Part shown: piece after piece, positions 25,567-37,779 of the stretch
Position numbering within the stretch: the first letter of the stretch is position 1
Layout of the letters: the number at the start of each line of letters is the position of its first letter
DNA from: Felis catus
Taxonomy: Eukaryota
NCBI RefSeq assembly: GCF_018350175.1
Contig: NC_058368.1
Location: 191,520,001 to 191,584,000, forward strand
Reading direction: 5' to 3'
DNA: 64,000 nt
Notes under the pieces: model-generated
Database searches by the model: none
What the model saw: only the letters and a program-made list of their open reading frames with translations
What the model was told of the DNA's origin: nothing
Translations under genes and position numbers: made by a program

Positions 25567-26559
25567 AATAGACAGACAAGCCAGAAGTATGTGAACCTTA
25601 ATACTCAAACTATAGCGCTGGTCAGAAGAATGGCCAAGTCAGTACTGTGCTAATTCTAGGTGCCTGAGAAAGTCTGTGAAACACTTTGATAAGTCTGATG
25701 ATTTCACATACTGTTATCTTGATCCAAGTCCTTTGGGGTCTTTTATTCTCTTCAAATGCGGGGGCAAAAAATATTTCATAGTTCCTCGTGAACACAAGTT
25801 TGAGAATCACTGCTATACATCAATGTTAACCATTTACTGTGAATTCATACTGAAATGTGCATTTCTAGAAATCACGTTTTCACCTTTGCACCTAGTGGAA
25901 CCACATGTCACCTCCCACCATTACGGAACGCAACCTTGTCTGAGGCAGGAGTGCTCTCCTCCATTCAAATGACACTGTACCTCATTCCCCAAAGGAGTAG
26001 CAAGACAAGTAATTGTCAACAATCATTGTAAAGGCACCAGATGGAAATTCATGGGAAAAATAAGTACATTTATAGTGCAGTGGGGGATTTCAAATTTTCC
26101 TTTCAAATAGAGCCAATTAAGACACAGGAACTCTGACAGAAGTTCCACTCCAGAGGAAGAAAAATAATGCGCTATCCATGTCACTATTTTAATTGGCTCC
26201 ACAAAGAGAGCATTTTCTAACCATTTGAAATCAAATCCTGCCAGGATGCATAAAATGTACTCAGTTGTGTAGACCACACAATATGACTCTGAATGCCTCA
26301 ACGCTTCCCAAGTGTCTTTTCAGAAAGTGACACTATCAAGTTGTTTAGGGGAAGGACCTAAGTGTCGCACAATCAGATAACCCTTCATGCCGTAATCAGA
26401 CAGAGAAACCAGGAATCCAGAATTTATCTATACTGTTGCTGTGCATCTAGAAAAAAAGTGAATATAATGACCCAAATCTACTAAGAGATTATCTATATTT
26501 TATTTCAGGGTCTGAATCCCTGCAAATCTAAGAGTAGCATTTTTTTTTCCAGTGAATTA

Positions 26560-26871
26560 ATGTATGCCCTTTAAAAATGCTTAAAAACTGCCCCAAAACA
26601 CATGAATACAAAATTCACAAAAGGGAAAACATGAGTGCCCGCTACCTATGAGAAAGTACTCAGGCTTACCCTTAATCAGAAAAGTGCGTACTAAAATAAT
26701 TAATATAGGGACACCTGTGTGGCTCAGTCAGTTTAGCATTTGGCTTCGGCCATGATTTCATGGTTTATGAGTTTGAGCCCTACAACAGGCTCTCTGCTGT
26801 CAGCATGGAGCCTGCTTTGGATCCTCTGTCCCCCTGTCTCTCTCTGCCCCTCCCCACTCATTCTCTCTCTG

Positions 26872-26915
<44 letters not shown>

Positions 26916-27500
26916 ATAAATGCAAAACTTAAAAAAATTTAAAAATCATGAATATGATATCCCTTCATACCCACTATAGAGGCAAATATGGAAAATCAGA
27001 TCATACCAAGCATTGGCAAGGATGTGAGAGGACAAGTACTGATTTGGAGATTGTAAATTGAACAGCTATATCCAAAGTCAATCTGGTCATTTCTAGATAA
27101 ATTAAGTATGAATATTCACTATGGGTCAGAAGTCTCATATTTAAATATCTGGCCCATAGAATATCTCACCTTGATTCCTAAGAGGCTTATAAGGGGACAT
27201 ATACAAGGATACTCAACAAAGGCAGCACTTCTGTGGCAACAGTGATCTGGAGACAAGCTAGAGGTCTATCAGTAAGCAAGTGGATAACTGAAGCTGTGGA
27301 AAACTTTGTATAGAATATAATTCAGAAACAACACACTCGGTTTCTAACAATAAGTTGGACAGACATCAAAAACATTGCTGAGTTGAAAAAAAGAAACACA
27401 AAACAAGATAAATAACAGCACATGATTTTTATGTAAATTAAAAGCCTACAGCCTCCAAAGCAGTACCATGCATTTCATAAGAATACCTGTAAATGTGGAG
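26560..27500 (+). mobile_element. Old L1M 3' fragment
   Basis: AATCAGATCATACCAAGCATTGGCAAGGATGTGAG..TTGTAAATTGAACAGCTA resemble the L1 ORF2 end. Confidence 0.7.
26708..26945 (+). mobile_element. Can-SINE
   Basis: Head, CT linker and A tail. Confidence 0.92.
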
Positions 27501-28651
27501 ATACATAGAATCTTCAGGAGGAAGAGAATAAGCCTGGGGTTTGGAGCTGAAAGGAAATAACATACTAACACAAGTGAAAGGAGTTGTTGGGCCCAGTAAC
27601 GGAAATTCACTATGTGTTGAGGCGTGTTATAAGCTCACATTTCTGCAACCAAGATTCAAAAGGAGGAAACAAAATAATAATAATAATAAAAAGTTTCTTC
27701 TATGCCGCTGATCGTTTCACTTAAATTAATCCTTCCTACTTACAAAATACCGTAGTCAACAATAAGAGTAAAACAAAAAATTCAGAGCATCAAATCCTCA
27801 TTGAGTAACTTCTATGCATAGGACACTACTAGAAAGGCATCGACAAACTAGCCCACAGGCAATCGTCAGTTGTGTACTCACTGTGGACGAGATACCAGAC
27901 TGGACAAAGGATTAAAATATGAACCCACTCCTCAAGTTCTGTCACTTTGGTTTCACTGGGTTTTAAAAATCTCAGAAATCTACGCGGAGATTTTAAAATG
28001 GTGAAAGTACACATACATTACAGTAGAGATCAAGAAAGCTTATTCAAACTAAGCTTGCCATACAACTTTTCCCAGCACAGCTCAATTCATTTTAAGAGCT
28101 CCTCTTTTTGGAACTACCTTCAAAGTCTCTGGCACTTTATTTTGGAAATCCTCAATGGTGGCAAAGCTTATATTCGAAAGATGTAGTTCATGTTTTGGTA
28201 AGTATTGCCAAGCCATAAAATAACAACTTCTATGAGCGCAGTTCTTTAGGCTTTATAGAGTATTCTCATAAACTCTATTTTGGCAATGTGTTTCACAATC
28301 AGACAGAGAAAAAAAATAATGATCAAGTAGGGATACTTGATAGAGACTTGGTAATAAAACAGTGAAAATGATTTCTTAATATGCCATGAAATGGCTCTAC
28401 AGGCAAAGGCAAAAGCAAAATTGTTCCAAATTCATTTTAAACAATGGCTGCAACAGCCTAAAAATAAATGTAAAGACCTAACATCTAAGGTAACAAGATT
28501 AGACACTTAGGCTCTGGTATTTCTGTGTTAACTTCATTATATTTGAAAACTCAAGAGTGTTCACACAACTGCTAGATCTAATAACACTGCTGCATAGAGC
28601 AAAAAGTGGCAAAGCTTGAAGGTCTCGGTTATATTCTCTTCTCTTCTAATT

Positions 28652-29223
28652 ATAGTAAGTTCTTCTATAATGCTTATTCTGCTTCTGCAGATGTGTTGTA
28701 ATGTAATTGATATGTTAGAAAACAATTTGCATGTAACACAAGTTTTGCATTTGCATAGGCACAATTTTGTCCACCAGAAACACTATACTAGGTAAGCACA
28801 GAAACTCCATCCAGGTGAACGCAGCCATACAAGAAGACACAAAAGGCACGCACCTCAAATATCTAACAGCAACTAGTTCACTGTGTGCATTATCCCACAA
28901 TGCTGTGTTTCACTGTTCTTTGGTAACTGTGAACTTGCCTGTATGAAAAAAACACTCTTTCAATGTCCTATTTATGTCAAAGTATCCAGATTCAAAAATG
29001 CCACAAAGTATATGCAGAAGGTAAGTCTTAAATCTTGAGAAAAAACTTGAAATAAGAATTTTGAGGCATCTGGGTGGCTCAGCCCATTAAATGTCCAACT
29101 TTAGCTCAGGTCACGATCTTACAGTTCATAGGTTCGAGCCCCACATCAGGCTCTGTGCTGACAATTCAGAGCCTGGAGCCTGCTTCGGATTCTGTGTCTG
29201 CCTCTCTCTCTGCCCCTTCCCTA

Positions 29224-29282
<59 letters not shown>

Positions 29283-29482
29283 CCTCCCTCCCTCCCTCCC
29301 TCAAAAAGAAATAAACATTAACTTTTTTTTAAAAAAACTTGAAATAATAATTTTGAAAGCAAGAGAACATGTTGCTCTCCTGAGTAATGGGCATGAAGAA
29401 ATGAGGATTGCAATGAGGATTGCAGACCATCAGAATCAATGTGGGGGGGGGGGGGAAGCTCTACGATAGAACAATTCAACTG
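28652..29482. mobile_element. Probable TcMar-Tigger DNA transposon fossil, interrupted by a SINE
   Basis: Degenerate TIR-like ends (TAGTAAGTTCTTCTATAATGC... / ...CGATAGAACAATTCAACTG) and internal resemblance to old Tigger consensi, from memory. Confidence 0.4.
29063..29337 (+). mobile_element. SINEC_Fc-type Can-SINE with long (CT)n
   Basis: Full body; TSD AAAAAACTTGAAATAA. Confidence 0.95.
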
Positions 29483-30829
29483 TTGTGAATTCATAAGGAC
29501 ACAGAAGTAGATGAAGAGAATATTGAGCAAATACAGCAAATAACAAACAGAAAAAAAAAAATCAGAAACAACCCTTTTCATGACCAAAGAGAAAGCACCA
29601 TCTATCTAAGAAGACCTTAAGCTAAAACAGAAATTGCCAAATCCAGCACAAATGGCTCATTTTAGCGCTAGTAGTGGCAGGTGTGGTGGCCTCAAACATC
29701 TCTACAAATTTCCAAAACTGTCAGCTGTTGGGTGAAGCCACAAGTGAAGACAAAAACGCTGTAAAAATTTGTAGCAGTGCTACCAAAATTAATTACAGAA
29801 TAAAGCTATCCATCGGATCAAATTTTCGATCTGATGAAACAAGTTATCAGTTATAAACATATGCCTCTAAGGCCCTAGTCTCAACAGCAGAAAAATATGC
29901 TCCAGGATGTAAGGCTGTAAAAGATAGCAAATGTGTATTACCCTCCTTAAACCACTTCACAATAACTCATCAGGAGGAACCCATTCGTTGTCCATCTTCA
30001 AAAGCAAATTCCAGATCTTTGTCAAGATAAAGTGCCATATTTGCTGAAGTATTTGTGGACATGGCTGTGCTGCCGTTTTTGTTATGTTTCTACCCTTTGC
30101 TTGTGATGCCCCTAACCCCATTTTTACCATAAGCCCATGACTTTTATTGTTTAAATTTGCATAGTGTGGTTATTGTGAGTTCATATTGTTTTGTATTTCA
30201 TATTATTGCATAACTGCCTGTATGTGATCCCCTATGTCACCATGCAGGGAATACCTGTTAATTTGATCTACTGAATAAATCTGCCATTCAAAAAACTGTC
30301 ACTTGCCCAATATCAGGCATGAAATTTGATTTCTCCACAGTAGAAAGACACATGTGACCCCGTCCAGCCAACCCGAGTACCTTGAACCCTGGGCCATCAT
30401 CATATTTGAACATGAGGTCCAAATAGAGCCAAATGGAGTCCTCCTAAACAACTATGCTTCCTGGAGCTACCAGAAAAGAACTGTCCTTATTTCTTCTGGG
30501 TCTCTAACAGTAAAAAAAACAAAAACATCTCACTGCCTAGCAGCCATCTTTGTAACCAGGAATGAAGAATAAATCCAACACAGAGTTTTAATATCATAGA
30601 AATTTCCGGATCTAATTTAGAAGCTAGTTTATATGCAGAGATTTTTTTTTTTTAGCAACCTGAGCCAATATGTACCTAAAAGTTTTAGCTATTTTAAATA
30701 GAGTTTCTGTTACTGGGAAACCAAAAGTGCATTGATTAATATATGCTGCTCAGAGAAGCCTTTTGCGATGCCACAGATCCGACACTCCCCTATTATCTGT
30801 TCTACAAAACACTCTACTTCTCTTGTGGA

Positions 30830-30992
30830 GGAGTCATGGCACAGGTAATGGTGCTGGATTCCCCAGAGCACCATAAATTCCTCGAGGGTAGAGATTTTTG
30901 TCTGTTTACAATTTCCCAAGACCTCGCCCAGCATTAGCGCCTCATGAAGGTTCAGTGAATGTCTGTTTAACAAATGAAGACTGAATGAGTGA
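30830..30992 (+). mobile_element. L2 3' end
   Basis: CATAAATTCCTCGAGGGTAGAGATTTTTGTCTGTTT..TCAGTGAATGTCTGTT. Confidence 0.7.
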
Positions 30993-31169
30993 ACACTGGA
31001 CCACTCAGAGCCTGTATGCTCATCTCTAAAATAAAAAAGCAGGTGATTGTTGCCTGCCTTTTTTTTAATGGGGATCTCATAATCTAATGTATGTGAAAGT
31101 GCTGTGTTAGCTATGAAGCAATAATTGTTATTCATTCAGCATATACTTTGGTGCCCTAGTAAAGAAGAA

Positions 31170-31335
31170 CATAATGGAGTTGATAAAAGCATGGGTGCAG
31201 AAGTCAGAGTGGACTGGAATACTAGCACTGTATCTTAGTAGCTGTCTAATTTGAAACAAGTTATATATCTTCTCTGAGCCTGTCTCAGGGTTTTGTGAGC
31301 ATTAAAAAAGTTAACACATTCAAAGCACCTTAATC
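31170..31335 (+). mobile_element. MIR SINE (L1 insertion target)
   Basis: TAGTAGCTGTCTAATTTGAAACAAGTTATATATCTTCTCTGAGCCT. Confidence 0.7.
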
Positions 31336-31342
31336 ATATTTT

Positions 31343-32314
31343 TTTATATATATATATGAAATTTATTGACAAATTGGTTTCAATACAACACCCAGTGCTC
31401 ATCCCAAAAGGTGCCCTCCCCAATACCCATCACCCACCCTCTCCTCCCTCCCACCCCCCATCAACCCTCAGTTTGTTCTCAGTTTTTAACAGTCTCTTAT
31501 GCTTTGGCTCTCTCCCACTCTAACCTCTTTTTTTTTTTTCCTTCCCCTCCCCCATGGGTTCCTGTTAAGTTTCTCAGGGTCCACATAAGAGTGAAACCAT
31601 ATGGTATCTGTCTTTCTCTGTATGGCTTATTTCACTTAGCATCACACTCTCCAGTTCCATCCACATTGCTACAAAAGGCCATATTTCATTTTTTCTCATT
31701 GCCACGTAGTATTCCATTGTGTATATAAACCACAATTTCTTTATCCATTCATCAGTTCATGGACATTTAGGCTCTTTCCATAATTTGGCTATTGTTGAGA
31801 GTGCTGCTATGAACATTGGGGTACAAGTGGCCCTATGCATCAGTACTCCTGTATCCCTTGGGTAAATTCCTAGCAGTGCTATTGCTGGGTCATAGGGTAG
31901 GTCTATTTTTAATTTTCTGAGGAACCTCCACACTGCTTTCCAGAGCGGCTGCACCAATTTGCATTCCCACCAACGGTGCAAGAGGGTTCCCGTTTCTCCA
32001 CATCCTCTCCAGCATCTATAGTCTCCTGATTTGTTCATTTTGGCCACTCTGACTGGCGTGAGGTGATACCTGAGTGTGGTTTTGATTTGTATTTCCCTGA
32101 TAAGGAGCGACGCTGAACATCCTTTCATGTGCCTGTTGGCCATCCGGATGTCCTCTTTAGAGAAGTGTCTATTCATGTTTTCTGCCCATTTCTTCACTGG
32201 GTTATTTGTTTTTCAGGTGTGGAGTTTGGTGAGCTTTTTATAGATTTTGGATACTAGCCCTTTGTCCGATATGTCATTTGCGAATATCTTTTCCCATTCC
32301 GTTGGTTGCCTTTT

Positions 32315-32355
<41 letters not shown>

Positions 32356-32672
32356 TTTTTTTTCAACGTTTATTTATTTTGGGGACAGAGAGAGACAGAG
32401 CATGAACGGGGGAGGGGCAGAGAGAGAAGGAGACACAGAATTGGAAACAGGCTCCAGGCTCTGAGCCATCAGCCCAGAGCCCGACGCGGGGCTCGAACTC
32501 ACGGACCGCGAGATCGTGACCTGGCTGAAGTCGGACGCTTAACCGACTGCGCCACCCAGGCGCCCCGGTTGCCTTTTAGTTTTGTTGGTTGTTTCCTTTG
32601 CTGTGCAGAAGCTTTTTATCTTCATAAGGTCCCAGTAATTCACTTTTGCTTTTAATTCCCTTGCCTTTGGGG
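31343..32672 (-). mobile_element. Young 5'-truncated felid L1 (L1_Fc-type)
   Basis: Uninterrupted 146-aa ORF2 C-terminus (31757-32197, ..[27 protein letters not shown]..); TSD CCTTAATCATA(T/C)TTT at 31328 and 32673. Confidence 0.95.
32317..32566 (-). mobile_element. Very young SINEC_Fc nested in the young L1
   Basis: Most CpGs retained, long poly-T, perfect TSD GGTTGCCTTTTAGTTTT. Confidence 0.97.
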
Positions 32673-32761
32673 CCTTAATCATACTTTAGGTATGCTATGT
32701 GCTCTATCAGATACACTGATAAAGCAAAAAAGGATTCTGTCCCCAAGAAGCTTACAGTCTA

Positions 32762-32985
32762 GGGGCGCCTGGGTGGCTCAGTTGGTTAAGCATCCGACTT
32801 CGGTTCAGGTCATGATCTCACAGTTCGCAAGTTTGAGCCCTGTGTCAGGCTCTGTGCTGACAGCTCAGAGCCTGGAGCCTGCTTCAGATTCTGTGTCTCC
32901 CTCTCTCTCTCTGCCCCATCCCCACTCATGCTCTTTCTCTGTCTTAAAAATAAATAAAATATTTAAAAATTAAAAAAAAAGAAAA
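32762..32985 (+). mobile_element. SINEC_Fc-type Can-SINE
   Basis: TSD AAGAA(G/T)CTTACAGTCTAG. Confidence 0.95.
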
Positions 32986-33019
32986 AGAATCTTACAGTCT
33001 AGTAAGAAGACAAATCATG

Positions 33020-33245
33020 GGGGCGCCTGGGTGGCTCAGTCGGTTAAGCGTCTGACTTCGGCCCAGGTCATGATCTCGTGGTCCATGAGTTTGAGCCCCG
33101 CGTCGGGCTCTGTGCTGACACCTCAGAGCCTGGAGCCTGTTTTCAGATTCTGTGTCTCCCTCTCTCTGCCCCTCCCCTGTTCATGCTCTGTCTCTCTCTG
33201 TCTCAAAAATAAATAAATGTTAAAAAAAAAAATTTAAAAAAAAAA
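33020..33245 (+). mobile_element. SINEC_Fc-type Can-SINE
   Basis: TSD AAGACAAATCATG. Confidence 0.95.
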
Positions 33246-33407
33246 AGACAAATCATGTATATAAACAACTTGAACATAAGACAAAGTGGGTGCCCTAAAA
33301 GAGCTATGAAGTGCTATAAGACGTCACAGAGGATCATGAGAAGTCAATCACGCCAGTTTTTTTTTCTGCCTTTTTTAATGTATTACCTTAAAAAAATTAT
33401 TATTATA

Positions 33408-33625
33408 GGGTCGCCTGAGTGGCTCAGTCGGTTAAGCGTCAGACTTCAGCTCAGGTCATGATCTCACAGTCTGTGAGTTCGAGCCCCGCATCGGGCTCTG
33501 TGCTGACAGCTCAGAGCCTGGAGCTTGCTTCAGATTCTCTGTCTCCCTCTCTCACTGCCCCTCCCACACTCATGCTCTATCTCTCTCCCTATCTCAAAAA
33601 TAAACAAACATTTTAAAAATTTTTA
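33408..33625 (+). mobile_element. SINEC_Fc-type Can-SINE
   Basis: TSD AATTATTATTATAG. Confidence 0.95.
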
Positions 33626-33629
33626 AGAA

Positions 33630-34265
33630 TTATTATTATAGTTGATGTGCAATATTACGTTAGTTTCAGATACACAATATAGTGATTCAACAATTCTGTA
33701 CATTATGCTACGCTCACCAGGATGAGTATTAGTTACCATCTGTTACCACGCAATGTTGTTATAATATCATGGACTGTGTTCCCTATTCTGTAGTTTTTAT
33801 CCCCATGACTTATTTATTTCATAACTGGTAGTTTGTACCTTTTAATCCCCATCACCTATTTCATCCACTCCACCCCCACCCTGCCTGCTCTGGGAACCAC
33901 CAATTTGTTCTCTTTATTTATGAGTCTGTTTCTGTTTTTTGTTGCTGTTGTTCATTTGTTTGTTTTAGATTCCACATACAAGTGAAATGATACAGTATTT
34001 GTCTTTATCTGTTTGACTCACTTCACTTAGAAAAATACCCTCTGGGTCCATCCACATTGTCACAAATGGCAAGATCTCATTATTTTAATGGCTGAATAAT
34101 ATTCCACTGTGTACTTATATACCACATTTTCTTTATTCATCTATCAGGGGAAATCTGGGTTGCTTCCATATTTTAGATATTGTAAATAACACTGCAATAA
34201 ACATAGAAGTACATACATTTTTTTGAATTAGTTTTTTCATTTTATTTGGGTAAATTCCCAGTACT
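33630..34265 (-). mobile_element. L1 3'UTR fragment (L1MA/L1_Carn-type)
   Basis: TATAGTTGATGTGCAATATTACGTTAGTTTCAG..GATTCCACATACAAGTGAAATGATACAGTATTTGTC. Confidence 0.85.
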
Positions 34266-34643
34266 GGCTCTCTCTAGTCCTTTAAAAGTAAACATTTTTC
34301 TCTTTCTGAAGTTACTAAAGTATCTTCATACATAGTAGTATCTTCATCGTCAAACAAGTCGCAGGAAACTCTTAGAAACAATGATATTAAGCTTCAACCA
34401 CTGAATCTCCTATTGACATTGTTCTATATAGTAAATCCAAAAGCATTTAGATGGAAATTAGAAAAAAAAACTGTATACAAACTAAAAAAAAAAAAAAAAG
34501 TGCATGGCTTCAATATGGACATCTCTGCCTACGTGATCTTGTTCTTATATCCTTTTGACTTCATCTCCTATTATTCTTTTTCCTCATTGACTTGTCTCCA
34601 AATTGCTGCTACCATCAAAGGATTCATAAGCTGCCAGGGGACC

Positions 34644-35390
34644 TTGGCAGGGTGAAATAATAGCCTCCAAAAATGTCCTTCATCTAATCTCTGGAGTCTG
34701 TGAATATTACCTTACATGGCAAATATTTTTGCATATGTGATTTTGCATATGTGATCAAGTTAAGGATCTAGAGATGGGGAGATTATCGTGGATCATCTGG
34801 GAGGGGGGCTGATAGAATCACAGGGGCGCTTATACGATAAACACAGGAGTCAAAAGAGAAAGCCATAGGGGTGCCTACCAGGTGGCTGAGTCTTTTGAGT
34901 GTCTGACTCTTAATTTCAGCTCAAGTCTTGATCTCATCAGGAGATTGAGCCCAGTGTTGGGCTCTGCATTGACAGCATGGAGCCTGCTTGGGATTCTCTG
35001 TCTTCCCTGCCCCTCTGCCCCTCCTCCACTCCCACATTCTCTCTCATACTTTCTCTCTCTCAAAAATAAATAAATACAACTTTAAAAGACAGAGAGAGAG
35101 AGAAGACCATGTGATAATGGAAGCAGAGATTACAGTGATGTGTCTTGAATGGAGGAGGAGAACATACGCCAAGAAATACAGGTGACGACTAGATTTGCAA
35201 GTAATTGCAAGTAATCAAATTCTTCCCTTTGAGTGTCTAGAAGGAACCAGCCCCGCTGACACCTTGACTTTAGCTCAGTCAAACTGCATTTGGACTTCTG
35301 ACCTCCAGAACTGTTAATAAAGTAAACTTGTGTTGGGTAACCCACTAAGTTTCTGATGATTCCTTAAAACAGCCGCAGGAAATGACAACA
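34644..35390 (+). mobile_element. MaLR solo LTR (MLT1D-like), interrupted by a SINE
   Basis: GTGAATATTACCTTACATGGCAAA..GAGATGGGGAGATTATC..GACACCTTGACTTTAGC..GGACTTCTGACCTCCAGAACTGT. Confidence 0.85.
34868..35087 (+). mobile_element. Older Can-SINE
   Basis: GAGCCTGCTTGGGATTCTCT variant with A tail. Confidence 0.9.
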
Positions 35391-35899
35391 GAGACAGGAA
35401 AAAGTGACCCCTGTTCTTTGATTTTGGCTCTTATTTTTAATGAGAAAGAATGTTACAAAGCACCCAGATGACTCCCAACTGAGAGTTCATTTACAGATGG
35501 GTAGCAACTGGGTGAAAATTCTGAGAAGAGCTTTCTACCACAACAATTTCCTAAAAAAAAAGCTAAAAGGCTAACTTCCAAAAGCACAAAAATATCTTGG
35601 AAGTGACCCAGGATTTTGAGCAAAGTTAAAACCCAACATCCTCAAGCTGAAAGAAATTTTCTATTGTCTCCATTCTTACATGTTAACTTTATGAGAAAAT
35701 GCATTCCAAACCTAAGTTGAGAACTGGAGAGGTAATGCATAATCATAAAGGAGTCCAATTTTTTATCAAGCACTGTAGAAGTCCATCATCCACATGCCTG
35801 TTGTAATCTTTAAAGTCGACTCTGGAGTGAGGAGACAGGAACACACTCATTCTACTATTTCTGGACCACCGTCACCTCTCCACCCATATCCCATGCATA

Positions 35900-36300
35900 G
35901 GTCACATGATCACCTTTTCCACTGCCTGCCTTTGCACATGCTGTTTCCTCGCTTGCGGTGTCCCTCTTCCATTTATTAACCCCAAGACCTAGTAAAAGGC
36001 ATTCAATTATATATATATATTTTTTAAGACTCAATTCAAATCTTGTCTCCTTCATTAGGTTTCTTTGACTCTAAGCCCTAGACCAGCTCCCTGCTTTTTG
36101 CTCCACATGCCATCTTGGGACAGAGTATCATTAGGAGCTATGCCACTGTTCTGATTACTTGTCTATGCATCTGTTCCCCCAACTACCTGGAGGCCTCTCC
36201 TGGGCAATGACTATGCCCCTATTCCTCTCTGAATCCTAAATGCTCACCACTGTGCCTGGCACATAATGGGCGTGACAAATGTTGGTTAAAGAAATCAATG
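35900..36300 (+). mobile_element. L2 3' fragment
   Basis: GCCTTTGCACATGCTGTTTCCTC..CACTGTGCCTGGCACATA. Confidence 0.75.
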
Positions 36301-36449
36301 TAGCAACATCAGGAAACCAGTCTCAATAACTTACACCTATCTCCGTTGTCTACTGTATATCTTCAAGACTTGACTCCAAAAAACATTTGTTTCTAAAAAT
36401 CAAACGTACACTTGAGAAAAAGTTGCCACAGTGGAGAATCTACAAAACG

Positions 36450-36690
36450 ATGTGTGACTAAAAGCTTGGCTTCCGGACTTAGACAGATCCCCACTCAATC
36501 CACCTCTGCCACAGCCTCCATGACCTGACTCTTCTTACATCCTTTTGACTTCATCTCTTCCCCTCATTTACTTGCCTCCAAAGTGTTGCCCCTCCTGGAA
36601 ACCTACCAGGTTTTCCTGAAGATAAAATGAGATAATAGGCACAAAAGCATTTGGAAATATCAAAGTGTTACACAGATAGTTGCTACCATG
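36450..36690 (+). mobile_element. MIR SINE whose centre is replaced by a copied segment
   Basis: MIR 5' part (GGCTTCCGGACTTAGACAGA..CTCTGCCAC) and 3' part (GAAGATAAAATGAGATAAT..AAAGCATTTGG). Confidence 0.6.
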
Positions 36691-37779
36691 ATGGCTAGCC
36701 CAAATAGCCAGTCTTTATAATATGGGGTAGCCAACTTACTCTGTCAATGCCCTTCCTTCCCCTGGAAGCAGCACCTTCTGATTCTGGGGCAGTTAATAGA
36801 TCCCCTCTCCCTCCCTATTCATTGGTCCAAACAAACAGGAGGTGTTGCCTTGTCCCAGGCAGAAGCAAGAGACAGAAAGGGCAGGTTCTGAAGTGTGGGG
36901 GACCCTGCGGGACCTGAGGCCCACTCTACCTCCCATGGCTTACCAACGTACATCAATATATTCCTGCTTCTGAATTTGGTTTCTGTCTCTTGGAACAAAG
37001 AGATTCCTGACTAACGTCCTTCACCACAAAGTAAAGAGGAGCAAATCCCTCAAATTATTTCTTCACAACAACAAATGAATAGGTTTCTCGAGCTATTTTT
37101 TAAGGAGCATAGTACGAATATTTATCAGGCCTTGTGCTTACAAACATTATACTGCATTACAGATGAATCTGGAGAAAGACAAACACTTCCATATAATAAG
37201 TAGCAACATGGCAGAGCATGGCAGGAATCCAGGAAATCCGAATGTTAAAAGGATGCCTTCAGACAAGGGACTCTGACCCTCTGGACCTTGTTTTTTCATC
37301 CAGAAGATGCCAGGATCCGTCTACGTTCTAAACTACCAACAAACATATATTGTGTGGTTCAGAATACAGCAGCACTTCCCCAACTTCTTTTACGTCAAAA
37401 ATTTAAATGTCTTTTAGTAAAGAAAAATGAAAGAACTTCTCCACGGGATTTAAATGAAAGTTCAAATATCCAGAATACTTAAGAGATCATTTCACAGTTT
37501 TTTTAAGGCAAAACCAGAGCCATCATTCAGTATATGATTAATGAACCGAAAATAGGAGATTACCAGGAAAGTTACCTTTTTATGAACTTATCTAGCTTGC
37601 TGGATAAAAACCGATAAAGAGAACTAAATTCATCCCCTGCTGAAGTGTGGCTAATTCTATAATCAATCACAGCCGCATCCTTCAATATGGCAACAAGTAC
37701 TCACTGAGCAACAACTATATGCAGGACACTGTGACAGGTGCTGAGGGGAAGGCAGGAAGGGATAAACTGGATTTATAAT

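Noticed and set aside
24524..25812. CAGTGGTTTTCAAAC ... GTTTGAGAATCACTG as the TIRs of one 1.3-kb hAT element
   Set aside because: The flanking 8-mers (AGCTTTAG vs CTATACAT) do not match as a TSD; more likely two separate MER5/Charlie-type fragments.
31757..32197. 146-aa ORF with a Cys/His-rich motif
   Set aside because: C-terminus of L1 ORF2 in a 5'-truncated insertion.
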